DNA of 62,949 nt, filler included, from Kipferlia bialata (lineage: Eukaryota), in the NCBI GenBank assembly GCA_003568945.1. It is 6 parts of 6 records of this genome, joined end to end, with 100 filler letters (N's around TTAATTAATTAA, not from the genome) between each part and the next. Parts side by side here need not be neighbours in the genome. Positions count along the whole stretch, not along the records: positions 22,944 to 34,295 come from BDIP01001249.1; positions 34,396 to 45,739 come from BDIP01001250.1; 4 more parts are not named here. One strand, written 5' to 3'. Positions 23,190-37,009 of this stretch are shown piece by piece; the first letter of the stretch is position 1; every line of letters starts with the position of its first letter. Made by a program: the position numbers and the translations under genes. The notes under the pieces were generated by a model. That model had not been told where the DNA came from. It did not search any database and saw only the letters and a list, made by a program, of their open reading frames with translations.

Positions 23190-26100
23190 TACCTCCTGCT
23201 GTAGTGAGGAAGAGGCTGGCGTCAATGAGCACATCCCCCCTGCACACAGGGCCGAGTACACACGTCGCGAGACCCTCTACAAGAAGAGGACAGCTGCCCT
23301 TGTCTCTTGTCTCAAAGATCTGCAGGAGCAGAGAGACGAACAAGAGGTACTCCTAGCGAGAGATTGTGACAAGTACCGTATCATTCAAAGGACGGTCTGA
23401 TCTTGCGATGTTCATATGTTTTCGTTCTGTTGTCTCTTCTCACTTCCAGAGGCGTTATCAGATGTCCAAGGACAAGCTGGAGGGGTCTAGAGAGATAGCA
23501 ACACAGGTATAGTCCGTAGGATTATATCATTACCGTAGTGTATTATCCGCTAAATCCTCTTCCTCTTTGTCTCTCTCCCCCTCTCTCTCTTACTCCAGTC
23601 CGGTAGATGTCTGGCCGTTGCTGTCATTTCTCTCGCGGACAGAACCGCAGAGCTCGCTAGGGTAGACCAAGCAATGTGAGACGTCAGATGTATATGTATT
23701 CTATGACCAGGGTTCTGACTCAACGTCTTCCCATCTCCACTCCAAGTTGTTATCATAGTACTTCTCTGTTTCTACAGCTGACTTACAGGATGGATATTGA
23801 GTCACAGTATTCTCCCTCTCATGTGGGCTCCCATGCCTATGCACTGGCCAAGATAGTCCGTGACAGATGCGAAGGAATCCTTGCAGCTTCCAAGGACCAT
23901 CTTGCCAAGGTATGAAGAGTAAGTGCAAAGTGCTATTCTTGTATTTATGTCCCAACCCAGGCATCAGACCACGCAGAGGAAGTCATTCTCTTAGAGGATA
24001 GGGGTTTTAGCCAATTGACCAAATACCGGCAGGTAAGAAATGTATTCGACATTATAGTATGTGGTGGTAACCATTGCCTCACATCAGTATATTTTTGCTG
24101 TCGACACCTTCATGAGTGATGCAGAGATGGAGCTGAAGAGAATCCGAGAGGACGTGTTTGCGGACCTCGCTCGGGAGTACATGTCACAGGCTGGACAGAA
24201 GCGTCAGCTAGAGTGGAGGCCTGATTGCCCTCAACCACCCAAGAAGCGTCGCCCGCCAACAGAGAACCCACAGGATGAGGGTGATCTTCTAGGACGTTCT
24301 TCAGGGTCGTTTCTGGATGGATATATGGCTGCTATGAGGGCGGGTGAGGTGGTGGCTATCAGGCCACACTTCGGAGGCTTTGTCTTCTGGGTGAAGGAGC
24401 ACAATAGTATGTCACAGGTCAGTGCTGCTGTGGAAAGGCGCTGGAGAGAAGTACTTGTGGGTAGGGAGTTGCTCAGCATCCGTCTGTCGGCGGGAAGAGA
24501 CTGCAGGGTCACATATCAGTTCCTCTGGGATGCTATAGAGGCCTATGAATACGTGTCCAGCCCAAGAAGGGCTCAGATGGTACGTATACATTCATAGTTG
24601 TATCTAATTCATATCCAATTCATATCTATGCTCAGGGTTGTATTTCTGGTATCCCCGTTGTTTGTCCATCTCATGCTAGGAATATGACATCACAGAGAGG
24701 CCTGACTATATGAAGGGCCTCTTCAGTGCCAAGATCAATGTCATGGATGCTACCCCCTTCCTATATGATGGGACAATGACGATGGATACTGGTGATGTGG
24801 GCAAGTGGATGGCTAGTGTTGCACAGCCAAGGGAGAGTGGTGTAGGACATCTCCCTCTGTTCCAACATTCTCAGGGTATGAGGGGGGGTAGCATGTCTAC
24901 TGTGGAGAGGAAGGTTCCTACAGATATCCTGGATCTCCTCTGCTATGCAGCGGGTGTAGCTGTTGGTGAGACTCTTGACGACTACTGTCATCTGGTCTAC
25001 TCATCTGAGGAAGAGACTGGTATCATTGACTTTCTGTCACAGTGGCTTGGAGGGCCGGCACTACACGTGATAGATGGAGCATTTGGGTGCGCTCCTCTCC
25101 CTCGCCTGTTGATCAGACGGTCAGAGGAGAGCCAGGTATGTCCAACTTCACTTTTCTTATCGAATATTGTTGCTTGGCATCAGAAATCACTGATACTGTT
25201 ATGAATACATATCTTGAAACCACACTGTATTCCACATAAATCATACACCCTCACTTCCAGTGTATCAGCAAAGACACCCTGGATCAGTGGAAGACATTCG
25301 GGATTCCCATTCTTGTTCTCAAGCGCGCCCCTAGTCAGACAGAGAAGAGACCGTCAGAGGTACGCTGTTCCACATACATATATATACATACATATGGTAT
25401 CGCACCATTCCATTGTAAGTTTATGTTGTACACTATTGACCAGACTAAATCTTCACATCTCACTTCAGCGTAGAGGCAATGGCATCATTGGGGTGGCTTT
25501 GGAGGAGTTGCAGCGCTACAGGTTGGAGAGAGGAGATGAGGTAAACACCAAAGCAATACATAAGTGGAAGACGATAACTAATGCCAGGGTTTAGCCACGT
25601 CTCTACTTTGGAACCACAGGGATCGTCAACACATGCACCACCGTCACGTCGGTGTTGACTATACTACCTCCCGTCTTCGGCACCAGGTACTCCTCTCATG
25701 GGTGTTTCGATGTATCTTCACACATATGCCAGGATTGTGTCAATGAGAGAGTATTCCTATGTTGATGTAACCCTAGGCATGTGACCCCCGAGAGGAGATC
25801 CATGACGGACTCTTAACCCAAATGGCCGCAGGAAAGAGGGAGGAGGACTCTGCTCTGGCTGAGAGGAACGTGATGGACAGAGACGCCGCAGACGTCATGC
25901 TGGTTATGCCAGAGAGCGTGACAGATGTCACATGTCAGAGGGACAAGCCACAGAGGCAAAGAGAATCAGCCGAGATCTCGTCCAACGATCTGCGGTCTAT
26001 GATCGATGACCTTGGGGTCCAGTTGGAGGAGCGACAGAAGAGGTGGATGTCTGACGCAGCCGAGCGCGAGCGTCTGCAGGCCTCCGTGACCCAGCTTCAG

Positions 26101-26605
26101 CACGACCTCACAGAAGAGAGAGATGCATCCACTGAACTTAGTAGGGTGGTGGCTAGTGTCACTGAGGAGCGAGACACCCTAGCGGAGGAGGTACAGGACC
26201 TGAGAGTTCAGGCTGAGGGATATCAGAGACATGAGGGCTCAAGCATCTACAGCGAGAGCCACCTTGGAGAGAGAGGCAGAGAGACACCGCGCTGAGATTG
26301 CAGCTCTGCATGAGGCACATGCACTGGAGTATAGGGAGTTAGTTGACTATGAGGCTCGAAGGAGGGAATGTCTGTCCTCGCTCAGAGACACCATTCGCCA
26401 GAGGGATCAGGAGAGAGATAAGGCAAAGCAGAAGTTACAGAGAGTGATCAAGAAGCGAGAAAGGACGTGTCAGGAGTATAGGGCACGTATCGAGATCCTG
26501 CAGCGGGAGCTTGCGAGGTGGGACGAGACCGGTCGTAACATGCTCGAGCCTCTGTCTGAGGCGGACGAAGAGGCAGGGTCTGTAGAGGTAGTAGATGTGG
26601 TATAA
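23190..26605 (+). CDS. Multi-exon hypothetical protein(s) ending in a coiled-coil region
   Basis: Long GC-richer exons (about 24105-24579, 24696-25136, 25779-26605) with short introns and an E/R/L-rich heptad C-terminus. May be more than one gene; the frame changes near 26230. Confidence 0.5.
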
Positions 26606-26728
26606 TTAGCATGGGAGTGAGAATAGGTATGGTTAGTATTTCTGCCTGAGTACTGAAGGTCAAGTAGTAAATGTAGTCAAGAATGTATATTGTGTTCGGT
26701 ACTCTCGCCGAGACTCAAATCTCTAATA

Positions 26729-28660
26729 TCAACTCATTAGTATCGTGACTCTCATAATCCCAACGGTCGCAGTATGATTCTTATGTGAGTCAAGTGGAGT
26801 ACTCTCAGAGTACGCTGAGTCGTCGCCTAAGCTGGCGTAGTCCTCAGAAGACTCCTCGTCCCCATCATACTCCATCCCGGGTACCAGCTGTTCTGTGTCA
26901 TACTCTATCACAGTGACACGGCATGTACCTTCAGTGTCCATAAACTGCAGTGCGTGCCTTAGATACGGGACAGAGGGAGAGAGGGAGAGGGACGACACGG
27001 AGTACAGGAAAGCCGCACTAGCACTCACTACCATGGCATACTTTACCCACTCCCCAGATACAGTATCGTGTAGGTACACAGATACAGAGCTTGTTGCGTT
27101 GACTCCATCTCTGTACCAGTTACATATATCTCTCGCTGATTCAGGGCTGTAGTAGCCGACGAGGTGCCTAGTGCCCAATGGGAACACCCAATGGAACTGC
27201 ACTGGGGTAGGCTCTCCCTTGCTCAGAGTGCGTACTCCACCTGGGAAAGACAGGCGATACATCTTCATTCCAGTCTTTTGATGTCTGCATAGGTAGGCAC
27301 TCTCTCCCTGCTTGACGACTATGAAGGGCTCTTCCCCCCGATACTTGAAGTCCAATCCGGTACACTGCCAGTTGGGTTGCCCAACGCTAGTGTCAGTGTC
27401 AGAATGAGTCAGGTGGCTGATATCCAGACGCCACAGGTGTGCATATTGAGATTGTCTGTTACGCCTGACAGATGGGTAGCCAAAGCAGAACAGAGAGCCG
27501 CAGAGCTCGAACATCTGACCAAAGCACAGACGATGGATATCGTTCCTATAAGGAAAGTCACATACACGCTCAAAGGGGAGAGAGTTCAGGTAGCGACGGG
27601 TCTGGCGTGGTGGGTACTTGATGTGGGAGAAGATGGAGTCTACAGGCAACCGCTCTGTCCTCTTCTGGTGGAACTCTTCCCTGTAGAGGTAACCCCCAGA
27701 GACAACGCAACTGAATGGAATGGTGTAGTTCAGCCCGGTGCCTGACTGAGCCATCTCGCCTGTCACGTGGCCGTCCTCAGAGTCTGTAGTGACAAACAGA
27801 CAGTACCCTGGGTCGTCCTGGGAGGGTGAGTAGGAATAAGTGTAGTGATATATATATATGCAACACTCTCTTACATACTAAAATATATATATATATGAAG
27901 AGTACCCTGGGTCGTCCTGGGAGGGTAAGTAGGGATGGGCCATCCAGTAAGTATACATATCAGAATATTTCAACTCATAAGAAATATAAACACCATCGCT
28001 GAATACTATTTTATGCAACAATGAATATATATATGCAGTACCCAACGTTGTCCTGGAAATAGAACTGGACAAGGCTATATTGGTATACTAGGACATACAA
28101 ATAGAGTTGCAAATCAGGCTCGTCCAGTTACATATATAATGCATATATATATATATATAATGTGTAGTATCGACGTATACTATTTACTATTCTATACTAT
28201 ATTCTTACACTATATTGTGTAGATATAGTGCTGCCCACCTGGCAGTACTCGCCACACACATACACATCGCATATATATACATGCATAGTTTCGCCATACA
28301 CTATACATTAATATACAATATATATGCAATATATACTATTCGTATATATTGCCCACCTTGCAGTGCTCGCCACAGAGCAAGGCGGTGTTGTCACTGAGTG
28401 GCATGCATTGCAGATGGCCCCACATCTCAAGGACATCTCCCAAGGGCTGATCCACAGACTGCATACGTGATTGGGTGATGCGGATCCCAACCTTATCCTC
28501 TTCATACCTGGGAGTGAGTACAGTAGATGGTAAACATATCAGATAACGTGGCAAATATTCCCATGTATCTGCTGGTATTGGAACTATTCTTCGGGAGTCA
28601 CATACCTGGATCGGAACGTCTTGGCAGTGAATGTCCCTGCCAGATAGCCGGAGTAGTCTG
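26729..28660 (-). CDS. Hypothetical protein, possible divergent beta-propeller (probably 5' partial)
   Basis: A 1.09-kb terminal exon (27817-26729) contains the 345-aa ORF and follows a CTCACCCTCCCAG acceptor. Upstream exons lie at ~28355-28507 and ~28605-28660. Beta-rich with an acidic tail. Confidence 0.6.
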
Positions 28661-30467
28661 ACTAGAGGTAAGAGAGAGAAGACTGACTCTCATGAGAAGA
28701 AGTCCTTGAATTGAGAAACAATATCAGTATTTGGAGTTGTAGACTTGGAAGGCAGGGGTTGGGGGGGGGGGGGATGACCGGAGTTGTGGGACTGGAAGTG
28801 AGAGAGACAATACTCACATGAAAAGAAGACTGGCTAGTGCTGGTATTAACACAAATTGGTAAGGAATAGAACGACAAACACAACTGAAGTGAGTGGATTG
28901 AATAGCAAACTACATACATGCTCCTATACATATACATATATGTTCTGACATATTAGTAATACATATATATATGTATATACGTATACACGTATATGTATAA
29001 AATGCATGTACACATGTATACATACATATACACATATGTGTACACAAGAATTATGCCAACACATAAGTTTTGACTCCAATGGGACTTGGGTGGGAGTGGG
29101 GGGGGGGGGGGGTATCACTTCAAAATAACGGTTCTNNNNNNNNNNNNNNNNNNNNNNNNNNNNNNNNNNNNNNNNNNNNNNNNNNNNNNNNNNNNNNNNN
29201 NNNNNNNNNNNNNNNNNNNNNNNNNNNNNNNNNNNNNNNNNNNNNNNNNNNNNNNNNNNNNNNNNNNNNNNNNNNNNNNNNNNNNNNNNNNNNNNNNNNN
29301 NNNNNNNNNNNNNNNNNNNNNNNNNNNNNNNNNNNNNNNNNNNNNNNNNNNNNNNNNNNNNNNNNNNNNNNNNNNNNNNNNNNNNNNNNNNNNNNNNNNN
29401 NNNNNNNNNNNNNNNNNNNNNNNNNNNNNNNNNNNNNNNNNNNNNNNNNNNNNNNNNNNNNNNNNNNNNNNNNNNNNNNNNNNNNNNNNNNNNNNNNNNN
29501 NNNNNNNNNNNNNNNNNNNNNNNNNNNNNNNNNNNNNNNNNNNNNNNNNNNNNNNNNNNNNNNNNNNNNNNNNNNNNNNNNNNNNNNNNNNNNNNNNNNN
29601 NNNNNNNNNNNNNNNNNNNNNNNNNNNNNNNNNNNNNNNNNNNNNNNNNNNNNNNNNNNNNNNNNNNNNNNNNNNNNNNNNNNNNNNNNNNNNNNNNNNN
29701 NNNNNNNNNNNNNNNNNNNNNNNNNNNNNNNNNNNNNNNNNNNNNNNNNNNNNNNNNNNNNNNNNNNNNNNNNNNNNNNNNNNNNNNNNNNNNNNNNNNN
29801 NNNNNNNNNNNNNNNNNNNNNNNNNNNNNNNNNNNNNNNNNNNNNNNNNNNNNNNNNNNNNNNNNNNNNNNNNNNNNNNNNNNNNNNNNNNNNNNNNNNN
29901 NNNNNNNNNNNNNNNNNNNNACTCTGTATACGTCTTAGCGGTGTGCACTGATCCCCCCCCCCCCTTGTGAGCAAACTCCAGCAACTACTATTTCTCTCTT
30001 TCTTCCCTTCTTCTCCCATTCTCTCTTATCAGATACAACAACACTGTAGGACTACTAAGGAATGTATACCTGTCACTCACACATCTCTCTCTCTCTTCCT
30101 TAAACTACAGACTGCAGCATGTCTATGCCCCCCCCCCCCCACACACACACACACCTACCTACATATGGTCACTTGTCCCTCCCCGCCCCCCTACTGACCC
30201 AGTATGATTCAACGTGGATCATGTCTCCCTCTGGCCCTCGCCCCCCCCCCTTTCTAATATGTATTTATGACTGGAGTACTGATATCAGGCTGAAACCTAC
30301 TGTACTCCTGGGCTTCACTCCCAGTATATCAAGGTATGTGTATCTACTCTACTCCTGGAGTGTCATGTTTATCATATCCTTATTACCCGTTTCAGGGCTA
30401 TAACTACCCCTCTTTCCCACAACTCTAATAGAATAGAATTCCGCCAGTGTCTTGGTTGCGATTTTGA

Positions 30468-32410
30468 TGGCTTATCTTAGCGGCATGTTCAACTTCGAGC
30501 GTATGAGTCTTCTCTCAGACCCCGACTATTGGGGGACGAAAGAGTGCTTCGGCTGTTACTGCGGGATTGGCTTCACAGCTCTGCTATGTGTGGGCTTAGT
30601 CTTTGGGGCGGGCGTGTTCATCGTTCACTTCTGCAAGCAGATATATTCCCTGCATGTCATCCGAGTGCTCGACCGGTGGATCTACCAGATGCTCATTATG
30701 TGTGACAATGGGTTCTGGACATGTCTTGGCTTCCTCTTTGGTGAGTAATTGATCTGGTTGATTTCTGGCAGCTCCTCGATTGCATTACGGTTGTGCACTC
30801 CCTACTCACTGGCCTCTTCACATCGTTCTTACCCAGTACAGTGGAAGAGAGTGCTTGTTGTCCTGGGCGCCTGTTTCCACCTGGGAGCAGGTACGTCCAT
30901 GTTCTGTTGTATTCACGTTCGGCACATCTAAAACTCAGTATGTAACCGGTATGAAACTGTTTCTTTCCTTCTTCTGTGGTCAATAATCTCAACTGACTCA
31001 GTGTCGGTCTTCTACGTACCTTTACTGCTACGTGTAGTGTCTGTGCTCTTGAGTGGCCAGCTCCGAGACTGCAGGTAGGAGGCTTCTATGTGACTGTTAC
31101 ATATAAACATACACCGATTCATATGATCCAAAATTGTACTCGTCCAGTCTGATGCCAGATATGCCTCTCCATCTGGGGAAGTCCATGCGGTTGTGATGTG
31201 TGTCTGCTCAAAAGTTGGCGCAGTCAAGTCGGTCAGTAGGGCAGATGAAGTCGCTTGCTTCGTGGCCATATTGCTTGGACTGCTGGCTCTGTGGTGGGTA
31301 GTCAACCTTGAAAAAGGAGATCTCCATCGCAAGGTCAGTGAGCTGCTGATGGGTATGAATCCCCGTTCTAAGCAGAAGCTTCCAGAGTTTGTCTTCAAGG
31401 CGATACCAGCTGTCACATTCTGGGTGATGGTGACGCTAAGAATTGTGGTATACAAGGATAGGGCACCGTGCAATGCTGGGGATCCCCGTCCCATTAGCAA
31501 CATATCGGTCCTCTTCTGCGATGACAAGCACGGTCCTGCTCTCCTCTTCCTCCTATTGTCGTGCTGGCAATTTGCCAGGTATGTGTTGGCTGTCTCACAG
31601 GACATTACTACCGCTACCAAAGAAGATGGACCCTGGAACGATCACAGAAAGAGCAAGAGCTACACCATCGCCGACATGAGGGCCAAGTTCTATGACTTCG
31701 TCATCCACCAGGAGTTGTGTAGAGTAGGATACTGCCAGATCCTCAAGTGCATGGCTGTGACTCTCATTTTTACCCACCACACCTCGGATGACAAGTGGGA
31801 GGGACTTGTGCACCAGGTGTGGGTCGGTGTGCTCACAATCTTGACGTTCCTCACTGGGGTGCTAACAGTGTCAGTGAGGGTCGCTCCGGTTATTAGGAAT
31901 GGAAAGGAGTACAGACACTCCTTAGTCGTCCTTAGGAGTGTGCTACAAATGTGGTGTCAGAACTACTTCTGGCTTGCAGTCTGGGGTCTGGGCTTCTGGC
32001 GTATCAATACCAACAAGCCAACCAAGTTCCTTACTCAGTTCTTCTGTGTGACCTGTGAGTGTGTCACATTTGGCATCATGACCAATATCGACAACGGTCG
32101 TTACCCCATCGATTGGTTAGTGAAGAAGATGAAGGCTGAGCAGAAGAATCGTGCACTAACAAACGAACTCGAGGGAGATGAACGCCCCACCGCACCGGCC
32201 GTGGTTACCTACAATCCCTATTGGGCACCGATGTGGAAGAGCCCCCTGCCCCCTGTGCCCTGCACTTGCCCTGTGCACCTCAGAGACGTGGACCATCCAG
32301 CAGCGGAGCAGTCAGCGGTGGACCTGCCAGTGGTTGAGCAGCAAATGCCAATTGACCGAGCTGCCGAGAACTCTGGAGGCACTTCGCCTGACCCACAGTC
32401 GAGGGAGTAA
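30468..32410 (+). CDS. Multi-pass membrane protein of unknown function
   Basis: 405-aa ORF 31193-32410 with several hydrophobic helices and a Pro/Glu-rich tail. Upstream hydrophobic exons (30468-30740 etc.) end in GTGAGT/GTACGT donors. The start is uncertain. Confidence 0.6.
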
Positions 32411-33403
32411 GGGTCATATCAGTGAGTACACCTTGTGCTGAGAGATGCAGGGATTTTCACAGATTTTTGAGTGTGTATTGGGGCGTCCTGGTGCGACCAG
32501 GTTGCTATATTGAGTCATCAATATAGTCGCAAACCAAGTTCGTTTGATGAATATTAGTTAGACTAAGATAGCAAAAGATGTCACTAATAGTATGTGAGAG
32601 AGAGAGGCGGGTAGTATATGTGATGAGCTCACCTGTGTGGGGTTGTACAGGGACTCGTACATGTAAGGGAGAGAGAGAGAGGAGGGAGAGAATTACAATA
32701 TAGTATATATATATATAAAAAGAGAGAGAGAGAGAAAGAAACAATAGCTCACCTGTATAGAGGTGTACATGTACTCTTTAAGAGTCACTCTTACATAGTG
32801 GTGGGCTGACCTGGCGTAAGGGGGGGGGGGGGCATAGGTGTGATAGTACACTCACCAATATATACAATGTGGAGCAGAGACTATTTACATATTGGACATA
32901 TTGGAATAGTGGAGTAATGGGCAGTAGAGGAGAGGTGAAAACACCTAGGTGACATTCTCTTCATTCATCTCCACACTCTCTCTAAGAAGCCACACTAACC
33001 ATACCATTGTACCCCTCCTGAACTGAAGTGGTGGCATTGTGCCCTGGGTTAGCAGGGTCCACTTCACTCTCGACACGTCCTTTGGCTCCTTTAGCTACCT
33101 CTCTCTCCCTCTCTCTCTCCCTTTCGTAGGTGAGCGGCATTCCGGGTTCTGTTCCCGACCCCTTTACGCTCTTCAGGGCCTCCTGCTTCAGATCCTGGTC
33201 CCACTAATACTGTATATATGGGGCCTATACTATAGAGACCATGGTTCCTGACTCGATTATCAGTTTTGTCTCCACCTTTTGACGTGAACCAAAGGGTGCA
33301 GAGTTGTTTTTGGCAAGTGTGTCCCTTTGACATGTCACACACTTCATCATCTAGGCTTTTCTGAGGCTCCTTCTCTTTATCAGTACTGCAAAAGTCCAAT
33401 AGT

Positions 33404-33843
33404 ATGAGTACTCCAGAGATAGAGGCCCGTAGGAGGAAGAAGAGGGTCAGCAAGCTGATGTCTGTGCTGCTGAGGCACAAGCCGGAGATGGGTGAGTGTA
33501 TATATACTATATATACCAAATACCATATTAGTATGGATACTGACATACTAGTGCTATAGTGTACACTAACATGCTCGTGAGACACCCCACCCCCCAGGCC
33601 TTTCTCCTCTCTCTCTACCACAATATATACACATACTACTGCTCTTCTCCTTACCTCAGCCGGCCTCTTAGCAATTCAGTATGTCTCTATCTGCCTCTTT
33701 CTATTTGATTCTCTGGGTTATCAATATATATCCTTACCCCAGCTGGCCTCACCCTCGACCCCTGTGGTTATGTGTCAGCATCTCTCTCTCTCTCTCTCTC
33801 TCTCCCCTCTTTGTTTACATACATTATTGGCCTAACGCCAGCT

Positions 33844-33877
<34 letters not shown>

Positions 33878-34066
33878 CTCTTTGTCTATATCCATTCTAT
33901 ACCTAACTTCAGCTGGTCTCACCCTGAACCCCTGTGGATGTATGTGTGTCAGTGTATGTCTCTCTCTCTCTCTAATTATATATATATTGTTTTGTCCTCA
34001 CCCCAGCTGGCCTCACACTCGACCCCTGTGGGTATGTGTCAGTGAATGAGATCATAGCCGGAATGG
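33404..34066 (+). CDS. TPT1: RNA 2'-phosphotransferase Tpt1/KptA, N-terminal two exons (3' partial)
   Basis: ATG at 33404; exon 33404-33491 MSTPEIEARRRKKRVSKLMSVLLRHKPEM + exon 34007-34066 AGLTLDPCGYVSVNEIIAGM. This matches the Tpt1 N-terminal pattern SKxLSxxLRH...GLxLDxxG[WY]V. Confidence 0.78.
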
Positions 34067-34244
34067 GTGAGTAGCTTGAGTATATACTGTATATCATATA
34101 GAGTATATGTATTCATATACATACATATGTATAAGGAGAGTCATTCACGTTCATTGTGTGTTGGGTAGTCGCTCTCTCTGAAGTGAATATCTCTTTTGCC
34201 AGTAAGTTTCTTCCTAGATTGCACGTACACATCCAAGATAGTGC

Positions 34245-34295
<51 letters not shown>

Positions 34296-34395
34296 NNNNN
34301 NNNNNNNNNNNNNNNNNNNNNNNNNNNNNNNNNNNNNNNTTAATTAATTAANNNNNNNNNNNNNNNNNNNNNNNNNNNNNNNNNNNNNNNNNNNN
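34296..34395. other. Artificial contig-joining spacer
   Basis: N44-TTAATTAATTAA-N44. Confidence 0.97.
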
Positions 34396-34448
<53 letters not shown>

Positions 34449-34453
34449 CCCAG

Positions 34454-36973
34454 GTGCCCTCCCCATCCTAGGGGGTGCTGCCCACTCGTCATCTCTCAGA
34501 CACCTCAACCTAGGTAATGTGTTGTAGATATTGTATAAGTTGTATATGTTGTTATTTATATTATACTATCTACTATATACAATGTCTATATACGGTATGC
34601 CCACTCGTCATCTCTCAGACACCTGAACCTAGGTAGATGTTGTAGATATTGTATAAGTTGTTATGTATATTATACTATCTACTGTATGCAATGTGTATAT
34701 ACGGTATACCCACTCGTCATCACTCAGACACCTGAACCTAGGTAACATTTCAAGAATATGTATATTTGCATGTGCACACTATACTACTGTATGAGTCTTG
34801 CAAAGTATCCTCATTCCACCATATAGTGTGTGGTTTGAGAATCCCAAAACATCTCCATTCCACCTCATTCAAGGTGACAACGGCCTGGACCACGGTGATA
34901 GTCTGGCGATATCATGCAATATATATGTATATTATATGTATAAATATACACATCCATCACATAGTTTATATAGTATATATATAAATATATATCTAACCCC
35001 CAGGTGACAACGGCCTGGACCACGGTGTTGTGGGGGAGGTAGCAACGGTGCTGGCAAGGAGCAACTTAGGTATGAGTGAAATATGCACAGACATCAACTA
35101 TATATACATGTATATATATCCTTCAATACCTTCTGATCACTCCCTACCACTCACCTACTAGAGTCTCTCAACCTGCATACATACATATATATATATATAT
35201 ATATTCAGAGCACTGTACTCGCCCCCTACTACCACTCACCTCCCAGAGTCTCTCAACCTGGCCAATAACCACATTGGACCCCTATCTGCTGAGGTGAGCA
35301 TCCACATAAATGGCATCAAGATCATTCTAGTATATATATATATATATATATATGTATATCTAGTTCTAGGTTTCAATGTACTCAAATTAACGATACCACA
35401 CTGGTTCTGTTCCAATAGTACACCAATGGCTACTGTATGTATATATTGTGTCCATATATACATATACATATATACCAATGCTTATGTCAGGACCTCGCCG
35501 TTGGCGTCCATATAAAATTATCATGTAAAGATTTGTTAGTATACATCTACATATACAAGGATAGTTCACGGTGATACCAGGACCTAGCCGTTAGTTCATA
35601 GATATTATTTTATATATGTGTATGTGTATCAATGCTTATACCAGGACCTAGACGTTGGCGTTGACATACTCTTCGATATATTATATATGTATATATATAT
35701 GTGTGTGTGTACTTGTGTTTGTGTGGGTGTATCAATGTTTATGCCAGGACCTAGCCGTTGGTTCATATTATTATATGTATATGTATGTTTATTATATGCT
35801 TATGCCAGGACCTAGCCGTTGGTGTGGCAGCCTGCCCCTCCCTGGCCGCACTGGACCTAGGGGTGAGTACATTAATACACGTTATGTATTTGTATGTATG
35901 TATCTATGACAGCACTGGACCTGAGGGTGAGTACATTACTAATAATATATATCGTGTGTTTGAACCATAGATATATACACTTTATAGTCACTTCTTGATC
36001 CCTGGCAGCACTGAGGTATAATACACTCTATATGTATATGTATATGATTATCACATATGTGCCCCTCCCTGGCAGCACTGACTTCGGCGTGAGTGTTGTT
36101 GTGATACTGTTATTGTATTTGAATATGATAACATGTGTATGCATTTATATATGTCAGCAATGGACCTCGGGGTGCGTGGTATAATACGTATATGCTCCTG
36201 AAAGATATTATCTATATCCTGGTGAAGAGTCTAGTGGTAACAATTACGCAATATTGAGTAGGTATCTAATTCCAGGGCTGCAGACTAGAGCACTTTGGCC
36301 TTGTTGTACTGACGCGGGCATTCATAGAGACCAGGGAGAGCCTGAGGTTGGAGAATAGTACTATATCTCATATACATGTATATATTACTATATCAATATG
36401 TGTTTTGAGTCATATTGGCACATGCATTCATAGAGACGAAGGAGAGCGTAAGGTTGTGTGAGTTGTGATTTTTCAAATGTGACAGTATTACTAATCAACA
36501 GGTCCCTTGTCCTCACCGACAACATGCTGGCCTCCAATGCCATCTACAGTCTGTCAGAGTACCTAGTAGGGGCACAGCACTTGAGGGTGCTGAGGTGTGT
36601 GTTGTGCAAATGCACTGGTGTGTAGTATACGTGCACATTATATGCGTGCACATATACATGTGTCAGGAATATGTCTCACCCCAGGCTGAACCGCAACCCC
36701 ATATCCTCCAGTGGTGCATCCCTCCTGGCCAAGAGCCTCGCAGGACTAGGTATATACCTATATATGTATATATATCAACCTGCTGTATGTATATGTATTG
36801 TATTATTTCTAGGCATGATACTTACAAGTTAGACTCCGATGAGAACCTTGCCAAGGGCATGAGGTCCATAGCATACATGAGTATATAAGTGTGTACCAAG
36901 ATGTTTTTATATTCACCTATAGGCTCCGATGAGAACCTTGCCAAGGGCATGCGTCACCCTTGGAAATATATAT

Positions 36974-37009
<36 letters not shown>

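Noticed and set aside
29070..30019. ~290-aa ORFs in the ORF track (also 1181-1990)
   Set aside because: They are mostly translated N gap.
32630..33245. Possible small minus-strand gene divergent from Tpt1
   Set aside because: An open stretch and splice-like sites exist, but I could not build a consistent start or recognise a product.
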